Part shown: positions 9,612 through 18,014 of the stretch, one piece after another | Position numbering within the stretch: position 1 is the first letter of the stretch | Layout: each line of letters opens with the position of its first letter | NCBI GenBank assembly: GCA_043803685.1 | Contig: JAZDJU010000031.1 | Coordinates: 1-64,000 of the forward strand | Origin: Candidatus Omnitrophota bacterium | GTDB lineage: Bacteria; Omnitrophota; Omnitrophia; Omnitrophales; Aquincolibacteriaceae | DNA: 64,000 bases | Reading direction: 5' to 3' | Notes under the pieces: model-generated | Database searches by the model: none | Seen by the model: the letters and a program-made list of their open reading frames with translations, nothing else | What the model was told of the DNA's origin: nothing | Translations under genes and position numbers: made by a program

Positions 9612-9836
9612 TCAACTGACCTTTACGAAGGGATACTGGGCTTTGACGTGTCTTTGAAAGAAAGTCCCATGCGAAGGCGCGGACATGAGCTCCTGATAGA
9701 TCCTTTCGGGAACTCCCTGATAGCGATACACGCCGCCCGCGCGGAAGACGACCTCCAGGATTGATGTCATGTTATCGTAGCCGATCAGCGCGAGATCACG
9801 CGATCTTACGGGCTTTACATCTATTTCTGTCACCAT
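9612..9836 (-). CDS. KTSC domain protein
   Basis: 'IGYD...LEVVF..GGVYRYQGVP...YQELMSAPSHGTFF' matches the KTSC consensus; AGGAGG RBS. Confidence 0.9.
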   Translation of the reverse strand: MVTEIDVKPVRSRDLALIGYDNMTSILEVVFRAGGVYRYQGVPERIYQELMSAPSHGTFFQRHVKAQYPFVKVS

Positions 9837-9851
9837 AAAAGCACTCCTCCT

Positions 9852-10298
9852 TCAGGGATGGGTGGCCCGCTGACGCAAGGCCTCTTCGAGCTCAACGAAC
9901 TTCTCCAGGATCACGTCCCGGGCCGGCCGGAAACTCCCGTCCTGGAATTTAAAAAGAATGACGCTGTTGCTGAAGATCGACCGGTAACAGTGTTTCCGGG
10001 CCCAAGCCTCCGGATTTTCGCCCCGGTAATTGGTCATCAAGAACACAAGCCCGAAGGGATAGGCGACTTCTGCCGTATAATCGATCCCCTCAAAGCGAAC
10101 CACGACCGGCGCCGTCCGGAAATAGTTCAGGAGACAGACCATCTTCGCCAGATCATTCCCCGGCTTTTTCAGGAATTCCTGATAGGCCTTGGACTGCGCC
10201 ACTGGCTCAAGCCCTTCGGCGCCCCAAACCGGCGGGACCCCTCCTCCCAGAACACCGGCAAAAACACTCAATAGAACAACCGCTAAAAATCTCTTCAT
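9852..10298 (-). CDS. Exported DUF5329-like protein
   Basis: Signal peptide MKRFLAVVLL; spacing of 'LLNYF...FEGIDY...RSIFS...FQDG' resembles DUF5329. Confidence 0.55.
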   Translation of the reverse strand: MKRFLAVVLLSVFAGVLGGGVPPVWGAEGLEPVAQSKAYQEFLKKPGNDLAKMVCLLNYFRTAPVVVRFEGIDYTAEVAYPFGLVFLMTNYRGENPEAWARKHCYRSIFSNSVILFKFQDGSFRPARDVILEKFVELEEALRQRATHP

Positions 10299-10335
10299 TC
10301 CCTTTATGATTCCTTGACCTTCCGCCCGACCGGGA

Positions 10336-10536
10336 TCATGCCTCGTCCATATAGGACGTATGCCCCACGCTTTTTTTATAAAAATCCAGACACTCACGAC
10401 AAATTCCCTCGCCGTGTCCCCATTTGGGGTGCTCCTTCAAAATCACGTCAATGATGTGATGGTCCGTGTGCTTCAAAAAAACCATCAGATCGTGCTCGAT
10501 CTTTTCCTGGCAGACCGGACACACATAATTTTCCAT
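10336..10536 (-). CDS. Small putative zinc-binding protein
   Basis: 66 aa with 'CPVC...H..HH...HPKW...CREC'. Confidence 0.7.
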   Translation of the reverse strand: MENYVCPVCQEKIEHDLMVFLKHTDHHIIDVILKEHPKWGHGEGICRECLDFYKKSVGHTSYMDEA

Positions 10537-10553
10537 AAAGGCTCATCTCCGGC

Positions 10554-10832
10554 GTCATTTAGACCTTACAAAGAAGCGGTAGTCTAAATGAACTAGTACC
10601 GCATGACAATTAAAATTAAAGGTATGCGGTACAGTACTTGATTTTCATTTACAAGAATTACCGGAAATCAGTGCAGTCCCAATTCTTATCAATCGAAACA
10701 AAGTTGAGATTGGGGCAGCACTGACTACCCTTAATCTAAAATAAAGTCAGTGCAGTCCAAGTCACCCCTCATGAAAAGAAATAAAGACTTGGGCAGTACT
10801 GTTAACCCCTAAAATTAAATCGACAACAGTCC
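10554..10832. repeat. Tandem hairpin array, copy B (7 units); candidate structured ncRNA
   Basis: Units 10554-10593, 10596-10632, 10634-10674, 10676-10716, 10718-10753, 10755-10794 and 10796-10832, joined by A or TA; reverse complement aligns with 5939-6173. Confidence 0.85.
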
Positions 10833-11212
10833 TAAGCCGTTTCGTCAAAGCCCCAATTGGCGTGCAGGAAATACTTTTTGATCTCGGTCTTATGTTCTTT
10901 CATCCGGAACTGGAAATTGGCGATCCCCCCCTGAGGCAAATGGTCCGGCTCGGTCGGGACACTGGTCCCCAGAAGGGGGACCTGGTTCTTGTCGAAAATC
11001 ACGAGTTGCGCGCGGATATCCTTGATCGGATGTCCGATATTGTTGATGACGATGCCCTGGAGGGATGCGCCTTCTATTTCGTTGTAATGAGTGCTGGCGC
11101 CTTTGATGATCACTTCGCGCGGCAACTTCTGAAAATTCTCGATCTCTGGAAAGGATTCGATCCCCCTGGCCCCTCGGTATGATGTTTTCTGTCGCTTATA
11201 GAAACGGCCAAT
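10832..11212 (-). CDS. FxLYD-domain-like protein (start uncertain)
   Basis: 'GIVINNIGHPIKDIRAQLVIFDKNQVPL...LPQGGIANF' FxLYD-type Ig fold; no canonical start after the upstream gene's stop (ATT possible). Confidence 0.55.
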   Translation of the reverse strand: MGRFYKRQKTSYRGARGIESFPEIENFQKLPREVIIKGASTHYNEIEGASLQGIVINNIGHPIKDIRAQLVIFDKNQVPLLGTSVPTEPDHLPQGGIANFQFRMKEHKTEIKKYFLHANWGFDETA

Positions 11213-11225
11213 GGGGCTACAACCT

Positions 11226-12698
11226 TCACAGTATTTTTTGGATCTCCGCTTCGGCCTTGGGATCCGCTTCCGGGGCCAGACTTTCGAGGAACTGTTCGAA
11301 TTCATCCTCCAGGGCGAGATAGGGCACGGGCTTGAGCCCGGTAATTCGCTCGATCGTATCGAGGGTCTTCAGGTCGAACGGGTCGCACATCGCGATCCTC
11401 ACAGAACCTTCGGAAACCCCGATCGGGACCGCGCGATGATGAAAGATGAATTCCGCGTTAAAAAGATGGAAGATCGCAGGGTCCGGAGTCCACCCTTTCA
11501 GGCAAAAGTAAGGGATCTTGAGCTTCTTCTCAAGCATCTTTCCTACGTCCTGACTGGAGATAAGATTCATATCGATCAAAGTCTGACCCAGACGACGCCC
11601 CGTCTGGAGGTGCTCTTTAAGGGCTTCGGCAAGCTGGTCTTCGGTGATCAGCCCCGTACTGACCAGGACCTGCCCGAGCGGATCCACGCGTTTCCTGGGC
11701 TTGGCGGGTTTCAACTCCGGCTCCAGGATATGGACCGCTTCATCGAGCTTCTTGATCGGTGACGAGCGACGGTCCTGAAGATAATGACTCCCCGGCTGGC
11801 TTTTGAGATAAGTTTTGACCTCGGCGGCGTCCTGCGCGATCTCACGGAAATTCGCGTAATTCCGGTAAAAATTGGTACAACCGGCCACAGAACAGGACAT
11901 AAGCGGAAAATTCTCCATTTTCCCGCGCCGGTTCTCCACGCGGATAAAACCCGCCTCCCGGTCCGTCTTGTTGTAATAGGTGGGAATGATCCGGTCAAAA
12001 TCATCGATAAATTGACGCGCATAGACCTCTTCAAACTCCGCCGGAAGCACCACGATAAAATCGTCCCCTCCAATATGCCCGACGAAGCACTCCCCGTCCC
12101 GTGCCACGGCGTGACTCGTCCCCACAAGGATCCGGGCGGTCTGGAGAATGGCCTCATCGCCTTTCTCGAAGCTGTAGTGATCGTTGAAAGCCTTGAAGTT
12201 GTTGATATCGATGTAAAGGACCGAGAATTTCTCGCCCGCCTGGATTTTCTTCAGAACGATCTTCTCGATCGCGTGACTGCCTGGAAGATGCGTGAGCGCG
12301 TTGGCCTCCACCCGCTCCGTTGTTTTTGCGATGTTCAGGTTCACGCGCAACTGGAGCACGAGTGGGCTGAACGGCTTCACCAGAAAATCGTCGAAGCCCT
12401 TTTCGTGGCCGAGCATGAGCTCCGTCAATTTGTGCTCTTCGGTGATCATGATGACCGGGACCGACATCAGGTGAGACCGGGAACGGATGATCTGGATGAG
12501 GGATTTTCCGGACACGGGTTCCATGTCACTGGAAAGGAGGATCAGATCGAGAACCTCGCGGTCAAGAAACCTCAGGACCTGACTGCTCTTCGAGGCTTCA
12601 AAAACCTTATGGTGGCGGGAGTGAAGACGCATCAGGATCAATTCACGGGTCACAGGGTCCTTTTCGGCGACCAGGATCCGCTTTCCCTTGTCTCTCAT
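11226..12698 (-). CDS. Pseudo-receiver / GGDEF / MshEN fusion protein
   Basis: REC lacking the phospho-Asp ('LILLSSDM'); 'YIDINNFKAFND' and 'HIGGDDF'; tandem MshEN motifs 'PLGQVLVSTGLITEDQLAEAL..H' and 'RLGQTLIDMNLI'. Confidence 0.85.
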   Translation of the reverse strand: MRDKGKRILVAEKDPVTRELILMRLHSRHHKVFEASKSSQVLRFLDREVLDLILLSSDMEPVSGKSLIQIIRSRSHLMSVPVIMITEEHKLTELMLGHEKGFDDFLVKPFSPLVLQLRVNLNIAKTTERVEANALTHLPGSHAIEKIVLKKIQAGEKFSVLYIDINNFKAFNDHYSFEKGDEAILQTARILVGTSHAVARDGECFVGHIGGDDFIVVLPAEFEEVYARQFIDDFDRIIPTYYNKTDREAGFIRVENRRGKMENFPLMSCSVAGCTNFYRNYANFREIAQDAAEVKTYLKSQPGSHYLQDRRSSPIKKLDEAVHILEPELKPAKPRKRVDPLGQVLVSTGLITEDQLAEALKEHLQTGRRLGQTLIDMNLISSQDVGKMLEKKLKIPYFCLKGWTPDPAIFHLFNAEFIFHHRAVPIGVSEGSVRIAMCDPFDLKTLDTIERITGLKPVPYLALEDEFEQFLESLAPEADPKAEAEIQKIL

Positions 12699-12730
12699 TG
12701 GATCTCCCTAAAAGGTAGCAAAACTTCCTT

Positions 12731-13525
12731 TTATGAAAAACTTTCTTTCTTGGACGGAAAGGCGCTCTGTTGAACGTCACGGCAGTACTCACTCGCCGCA
12801 TTTTTCATGATCTTTTCAAGGTCCGCGTAGCGCCGTACAAAGCGAGGGCTCACCCCGGAACGGACGCCGAGCAGGTCATGGAACACCAATACTTGTCCGT
12901 CGGTGGCAGGCCCCGCGCCGATCCCGATCGTCGGACACTTGACCGCCTTCGTGATCTCCTCGGCAAGTTTTGACGGCACGCATTCGAGGACGATCGAAAA
13001 CACTCCCATCCGGTCCAGAAGCTTCGCATCCTCCAGAATCAACGCCGCCTCTTCCGGATCTTTTCCGTACACCCGGTATTTTCCATCGCCAATATTCTGA
13101 GGCAACATCCCGACATGTCCCATCACCGAAATGCCTTCGGTCATAAGCTTTTGGACCTGAGCCTGGATCTTCACGCCGCCTTCGAGCTTCACGGCATCAG
13201 CGCCGGCTTCGCGGATCAGGCGCTGCGCGTTCACAAGCGCCCGTTCAGGATCATTATAGGAATGGATCGGCATGTCCGCGACGACCAAAGCGCGCTTCAC
13301 GCCCTTCGCAACCGCGGCGGTATGATAGAGCATGTGCTCGATCGTCATGCCGAGCGTGTTTTCGTGACCGAGGAGCACCATACCCACAGAATCCCCGACC
13401 ATAATGACGTCGACACCTGCCTCGTCCGCGATCCTCGCACTCGGATAATCGTAGAGACTAAGCGAAGTGATCTTCTCTCCGGATTGCTTCCTGGCATAAA
13501 TGGATTGAGCGGTGAGTTTCATCAT
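12731..13525 (-). CDS. panB: 3-methyl-2-oxobutanoate hydroxymethyltransferase
   Basis: 'VGDSVGM', 'VADMP', 'AVKLEGG', 'IGIGAG..TDGQVLVFHD'. Confidence 0.96.
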   Translation of the reverse strand: MMKLTAQSIYARKQSGEKITSLSLYDYPSARIADEAGVDVIMVGDSVGMVLLGHENTLGMTIEHMLYHTAAVAKGVKRALVVADMPIHSYNDPERALVNAQRLIREAGADAVKLEGGVKIQAQVQKLMTEGISVMGHVGMLPQNIGDGKYRVYGKDPEEAALILEDAKLLDRMGVFSIVLECVPSKLAEEITKAVKCPTIGIGAGPATDGQVLVFHDLLGVRSGVSPRFVRRYADLEKIMKNAASEYCRDVQQSAFPSKKESFS

Positions 13526-13541
13526 TAGAACCGGACCAAGT

Positions 13542-13592
13542 TCCACGCCCCACGGGCCACGAAAACGTGGTGCGTGGCTCGTGGTACGAGGC
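13542..13592. repeat. Inverted heptamer repeat cluster (CCACGNN / NNCGTGG)
   Basis: ttccacgccccacgggccacgaaaacgtggtgcgtggctcgtggtacgagg; the same family recurs at 18.8, 24.0-25.1 and 46.2 kb. Confidence 0.7.
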
Positions 13593-13597
13593 CCCCT

Positions 13598-14455
13598 TTA
13601 TTTAGTTTGCCACTCATACGCGAGGAGAAGATTTTCCATAAGCATGGTCACGGTAAGCGGTCCGACGCCTCCCGGCACCGGCGTGATAAAACCGGCTTTT
13701 TTGACCGCCTCGTCGAATTCGACATCGCCTTGAAGTTTTCCGTCAACTTCTGTCGTCCCAACGTCGATCACGACCGCGCCCTGTTTGATCCACGCGCCTT
13801 TCACAAGCCCGGGTTTACCCGAACACGCGATCACGATCTCGCTTGCACCGACAATTTTTTTCATATCCTCTTCGCCCGTCCCGGTATTACAAACAAGCGT
13901 GGTCACCCGAGCTTCGCCCAACAATAGCTGAAGCGGACGGCCGACGATGGCACTTTGGCCGATAAGCGCCGCTTTTTTCCCGCGGAGCATAATGCCGCTC
14001 GCTTTAATGAGCGTGTAAGCCGCGAACGCCGTGGGCGGAATCAGTTTGCCTCGCCGGAGCACGATCAGTCCAAGACTCGTGGGATGAACACCCTCCACGT
14101 CCTTCTTTGGATCCATGGCAAGCAGGACTTTGTCGGAGTCGATCCCCTCCGGAAGCGGCATGGAAATAAAAAGTCCGTGAACTGTTTTATCCGCATTGAT
14201 CTCCTGGATCTTCTTGAGTAGCGCCTTTTCGCCCTTGACCTGATCGGGCATAATTCGCTTGAAATGGATCCCCAATTTTCCGGCCAGTTTCTCCTGACTG
14301 TTGATATACCAGACCGCCGACGGATCTTCGCTCGTCTGGATCGCAGCCAGAGATGGCGTCGGCAGCCCCGCTCCCGTAAAAGCTGCTATTTTCTGGACGA
14401 TCTTTTCCTGCAAGTCCGCCGCGATCGCTTTCCCTTCAAGTCTCTTCGCTTCCAC
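13598..14455 (-). CDS. folD: Methylene-THF dehydrogenase/cyclohydrolase
   Basis: 'KKDVEGVHP', 'SAIVGRPL', 'VIDVG', 'GDVEF', 'ITPVPGGVGPLTVTML'. Confidence 0.93.
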   Translation of the reverse strand: MEAKRLEGKAIAADLQEKIVQKIAAFTGAGLPTPSLAAIQTSEDPSAVWYINSQEKLAGKLGIHFKRIMPDQVKGEKALLKKIQEINADKTVHGLFISMPLPEGIDSDKVLLAMDPKKDVEGVHPTSLGLIVLRRGKLIPPTAFAAYTLIKASGIMLRGKKAALIGQSAIVGRPLQLLLGEARVTTLVCNTGTGEEDMKKIVGASEIVIACSGKPGLVKGAWIKQGAVVIDVGTTEVDGKLQGDVEFDEAVKKAGFITPVPGGVGPLTVTMLMENLLLAYEWQTK

Positions 14456-14456
14456 T

Positions 14457-15062
14457 TTAGCTCCCCTTGGTGAAGCGGCCACGAAGCTCCGCCAAAGCCT
14501 TCTCGGCGCGCTCCTTCCGCTCTATGTTTTTCATGTAAACCACGTTGATATGTGCCGTGTGATAAGCCCCCTCGAACGCCGCGGACAAAAGGTTGTCACT
14601 GACGATCAGATCGTTGGCGACGGCGCCTTTCACGAGGGTTTTCATGTGGGCGTTCCACTCTTTCGCCATGACAAGGATCAGCGCCAGGTCCGCCTGCAAA
14701 CGGAACGCATTTTGAAGTGCGTCTTCGAGTTTTTCAGGCCCAGAGCCTTCTTTGTAACACGCCATCACTTCATCGTAGACCTTGGGGTCGAGCGACACGA
14801 CCTGAAGCGCGTCCGCGCGGGTCTTTTCGAGGGAATTGACGATCTCCTGCATGCGCTGGCGATTCGCCTCGTCCTGGAACTTCTGTTCCTGAGGAAGATC
14901 GGCTTTGGGCTTCCGCTTGAGCGCGATCCTCGCCACCATTTGCGTCAAAGCCATGCCAAGAGCCCCGGCATAAGCCGAAACACTTCCCCCTCCCGGCACT
15001 GGCGCGTCGCTTGCGAGTTTCTCGAGATAATCCGCGAGGCTAAGGTCTGTGTATTTCTTCAT
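14457..15062 (-). CDS. Formiminotetrahydrofolate cyclodeaminase/cyclohydrolase family
   Basis: 'LASDAPVPGGGSVSA', 'AHINV'; adjacent to folD. Confidence 0.88.
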   Translation of the reverse strand: MKKYTDLSLADYLEKLASDAPVPGGGSVSAYAGALGMALTQMVARIALKRKPKADLPQEQKFQDEANRQRMQEIVNSLEKTRADALQVVSLDPKVYDEVMACYKEGSGPEKLEDALQNAFRLQADLALILVMAKEWNAHMKTLVKGAVANDLIVSDNLLSAAFEGAYHTAHINVVYMKNIERKERAEKALAELRGRFTKGS

Positions 15063-15139
15063 AAGACTCCTTCTATTTCTTTAAAAATAAAAAAAACGCC
15101 GCTACGGACTTCGCCCTCACTCGAAGATCGGATGACCGA

Positions 15140-15544
15140 TCAACGTTTCAGAACCACAAGCGCTTTTTGGCTGCTATCGGTCACAATAACGAGAGTACAC
15201 ATCCCGTAAGACGTAGGCGCACTGCCGTAGATATTGAGGATACTGATCTTTTTGGCCGCGAGTTTGCGCGTGATCCGCATCAAAACCCCCGGTCTGTCCA
15301 CGATCTCCAGCAACAGCACCGTGTTCTCCTGGGCCTTCCACCCCTTCTTTGCGAGAAGGTCTCTCGTGCGTAACGCATCGTCCGTCACAAAATTCATGAG
15401 CGCCACGCCGCCTGCCGCCTGGGCCGAAAGGGCCACCATGTCGATCCCGTGATCCGCCAAAAGGGTCGCCACCTTCGAAAGCACGCCGACCTTGTTCTCC
15501 GAAACGACCACGAATTCTTTACCCAACTTCACGCTCTGGATCAT
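15140..15544 (-). CDS. Tandem ACT-domain protein
   Basis: 'ENKVGVLSKVATLLADHGID' and 'DRPGVLMRITRKLAAKKISI' ACT repeats; AGGAGG RBS. Confidence 0.85.
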   Translation of the reverse strand: MIQSVKLGKEFVVVSENKVGVLSKVATLLADHGIDMVALSAQAAGGVALMNFVTDDALRTRDLLAKKGWKAQENTVLLLEIVDRPGVLMRITRKLAAKKISILNIYGSAPTSYGMCTLVIVTDSSQKALVVLKR

Positions 15545-15622
15545 GGCTAAACCCTCCTTGGTTTTTTGAAGGATATGACTCGTATTATATACTGGACGCC
15601 GTCCGCGGGGAGAGGTTAATTT

Positions 15623-15659
15623 CACTCCCAATTCCAGACCGGGTCTGGAATTGGGAGTG
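15623..15659. repeat. Near-perfect palindrome followed by a T-run; REP-like element or terminator at the end of the cobalamin operon
   Basis: cactcccaattccagacc-g-ggtctggaattgggagtg; core resembles the palindromes at 24610 and 36076. Confidence 0.65.
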
Positions 15660-15664
15660 CTTTT

Positions 15665-16201
15665 TTAGAATTCTATTCCGGACTGGGCGAGAATACCGCG
15701 CTTGAGGGGATGCTTCACGCATTTCATCTCGGTCACAAGGTCCGCCAGACGAATGATCGCCTGGGGTGCGCCCCTGCCGGTCAGGATCACGTGGAGACCG
15801 GGACGCTTTCGCTTAAGCGCCGTCACCACCTCGGAGGCTTTGAGGAATTTATAGCGAAGGGCGATATGGATCTCGTCAAAAATGACGAGACTGCATTTCG
15901 GGTCCTTCAGAAGTGCACGGCATTGTTTCCAGGCTTTTTGAACGGCCTTGGCATTTTCTTCGCGCGCCACACGCCAGGTAAATCCCCCGCCAAAGCTCCA
16001 GACTCGGAATCCTGAGGATTTTTTCAGAACACGGAATGCGCCCTCCCTGTCCTTAGCCTTGCTGTTGACGGGATATTTAAAGAACTGGACCACGCCTACC
16101 CGCCCGCCGTGCCCCAAGGTTCGTAACGCAACCCCCAGCGCGGCCGTCGTCTTCCCCTTGCCATCCCCCGTATAAACCTGAATGAGACCCATATTTTTCA
16201 T
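15665..16201 (-). CDS. cobO: Cob(I)yrinic acid a,c-diamide adenosyltransferase (CobO/BtuR)
   Basis: 'YTGDGKGKTTAALG', 'DEI', 'LTGRGAP', 'ADLVTEM..KHP','GIEF'. Confidence 0.93.
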   Translation of the reverse strand: MKNMGLIQVYTGDGKGKTTAALGVALRTLGHGGRVGVVQFFKYPVNSKAKDREGAFRVLKKSSGFRVWSFGGGFTWRVAREENAKAVQKAWKQCRALLKDPKCSLVIFDEIHIALRYKFLKASEVVTALKRKRPGLHVILTGRGAPQAIIRLADLVTEMKCVKHPLKRGILAQSGIEF

Positions 16202-16998
16202 GTTCCCTCCTTGGGATCTGAATGGTCCGCGAGTGGCAGAACGAACGGTTTTCCAGAAACGGGATTCTTCCCGGCCGAAACACGCGTTCCGAACACCGCT
16301 TCGATCGTCGCGCGGTCCAGCGCCTCTTCCGGCGTCCCCGCCTTGTGGATACGACCTTGTTTCATGAGAAGCATACTTCGCGCGTATTCCGCGGCGAGAT
16401 TAAGATCGTGCAGGACCGCGACCACGGTCAGTTGGTGTTCACGGTTGAGCCGCGCGAGAAGACCGAGCACCGCAACCTGGTGCGCGATATCCAGGTGCGC
16501 CGTCGGCTCGTCCAGAAAAAGCCATTCGGGTTCCTGGGCCAGGGCGCGCGCGATCGAGGCAAGCTGCCGCTCCCCCCCGCTTGTTTCTGTCATCAACCGG
16601 TCCCGAAGATGGTCCACGCCAGCCTTTCGCATTGCCTGGTCCGCGGCTTCAAGGTCCGCCGCCGTTTCCAGGAACTGGAAATCTCCGTAGTGAGGAATAC
16701 GCCCCAGGAGCACGAACTCCTCGACCGTCATCGGAAGAGACGGAACGTTCTGCGACACGACCGCGCAACGTTTTGCGAAATGTTTCGGTGGAAGCTTCCA
16801 AAGATCCTTCCCCTCAAAAAGAACTTCGCCGCGCAAGAGCGGCAGTGAACGCGTCAAAGCCCGGACCAGCGTCGTCTTCCCGGAACCGTTCGGACCGAGG
16901 ATGGCCAGAAAGTCCCCGCGATCGATCGTAAGGTCGATCCCCTCCAGGATCATTTTTTTCCCGTACCCGCAACTGAGGCCGCGCGCCGTAAGCGTCAC
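16198..16998 (-). CDS. btuD: Cobalamin/Fe-siderophore ABC transporter ATPase (BtuD-like)
   Basis: Walker A 'GPNGSGKT', 'SGGERQ', 'LDEPTAHLD', 'LHDLNLA'; GTGA overlap with the permease. Confidence 0.85.
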   Translation of the reverse strand: MTLTARGLSCGYGKKMILEGIDLTIDRGDFLAILGPNGSGKTTLVRALTRSLPLLRGEVLFEGKDLWKLPPKHFAKRCAVVSQNVPSLPMTVEEFVLLGRIPHYGDFQFLETAADLEAADQAMRKAGVDHLRDRLMTETSGGERQLASIARALAQEPEWLFLDEPTAHLDIAHQVAVLGLLARLNREHQLTVVAVLHDLNLAAEYARSMLLMKQGRIHKAGTPEEALDRATIEAVFGTRVSAGKNPVSGKPFVLPLADHSDPKEGT

Positions 16999-18014
16999 AG
17001 TGCTCTTCCTTTCCCGCGCGCGAGCACGTAAATAAAAAGGCACCCGCCCAGAAGCCCTGTCACGACCCCGACCGGAAGTTCCACGGGAGCGATGAGGACA
17101 CGCGCCACGGTATCGCAAAGCACCAGAAAAGTTCCGCCGCCGAGAAAGGAAGCGACCAGAAGGATCCTCGCGTCACGCCCCACAAGTCCCCTCATCATAT
17201 GCGGCACCACGAGCCCGACGAATCCGATCACCCCCGCCACCGCCACACTCACTCCGGTTAAAACAGAGGCTATCAAAAAAAGAGCGCGCTTGGTCCGCTC
17301 GACCGGGACCCCGAGATGCCGCGCCTCCTCTTCCCCGAGCGCGAGCGCGTTCAGGTCCGCGTGAAAAAAATAACAGGTCCCCAGACCCGCCAGCGAGACT
17401 CCGATCATGATGCGAATGAGCGCCACGTCCGGCTCGTCGAGTGATCCCATGATCCAGAAAAGAATGCCCTGAAGGTCCTCGGTCCTGGAAACCGCGAGAA
17501 TGAGGAGCATCAGGGACGACGAGATAAAGGTCAGCATCACTCCCGTGAGGAGCATCCCCTGAAGCGGAAGCTCCCGGCCCCGGCGGCTCAGGAAATAAAG
17601 CAGGAAGATCACAAGACAGGCGCCCAGAAATCCGGAAAGCGGAAGCCCGAGATGCCAGATCCCGGAAAGACCCCAGAGAATATTGAGCGACACCCCGACC
17701 GCAGCGCCGCCCGAGATCCCGAGGGTATAGGGTTCGACCAGCGGATTCCGGAACATTCCCTGCAGGACCACGCCCGCGAGGCTCAACGCGCCGCCCACCG
17801 CGAATCCCAGGAGAAGCCTTGGGAAACGGATGTCCCAGACAATGCGGCTTTCGATGCCTGCCGAGTGTCCGGAAAGGATCTTGATCACTTTCTCGACAGG
17901 GATCCCGGAGGGCCCGGAGATCAGAGCAAGCACCGCGGCCACGACCGCGGCGAGCACGATCAGCCCCAGCCAGCCCAGCCAACGCCTTGAACGATCAGTG
18001 GGGGTAGTTCGCAT
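16995..18014 (-). CDS. btuC: FecCD/BtuC-family permease
   Basis: 'IRFPR', 'FRNPLVEPYTLGISGGA', 'LGEEEARHLG', 'IGFVGLVVPH'. Confidence 0.88.
   Translation of the reverse strand: MRTTPTDRSRRWLGWLGLIVLAAVVAAVLALISGPSGIPVEKVIKILSGHSAGIESRIVWDIRFPRLLLGFAVGGALSLAGVVLQGMFRNPLVEPYTLGISGGAAVGVSLNILWGLSGIWHLGLPLSGFLGACLVIFLLYFLSRRGRELPLQGMLLTGVMLTFISSSLMLLILAVSRTEDLQGILFWIMGSLDEPDVALIRIMIGVSLAGLGTCYFFHADLNALALGEEEARHLGVPVERTKRALFLIASVLTGVSVAVAGVIGFVGLVVPHMMRGLVGRDARILLVASFLGGGTFLVLCDTVARVLIAPVELPVGVVTGLLGGCLFIYVLARGKGRAL

Noticed and set aside
5843..10832. Composite transposon or invertible segment bounded by the two inverted arrays
   Set aside because: The copies are substantially diverged and differ in unit number; no transposase or recombinase; the enclosed genes include housekeeping hemG
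10554..10832. TIGR array or type III toxin-antitoxin repeats
   Set aside because: Unit length is similar, but there are no near-identical repeats or box C/D-like motifs and no recognisable Nop-domain or ToxN gene nearby
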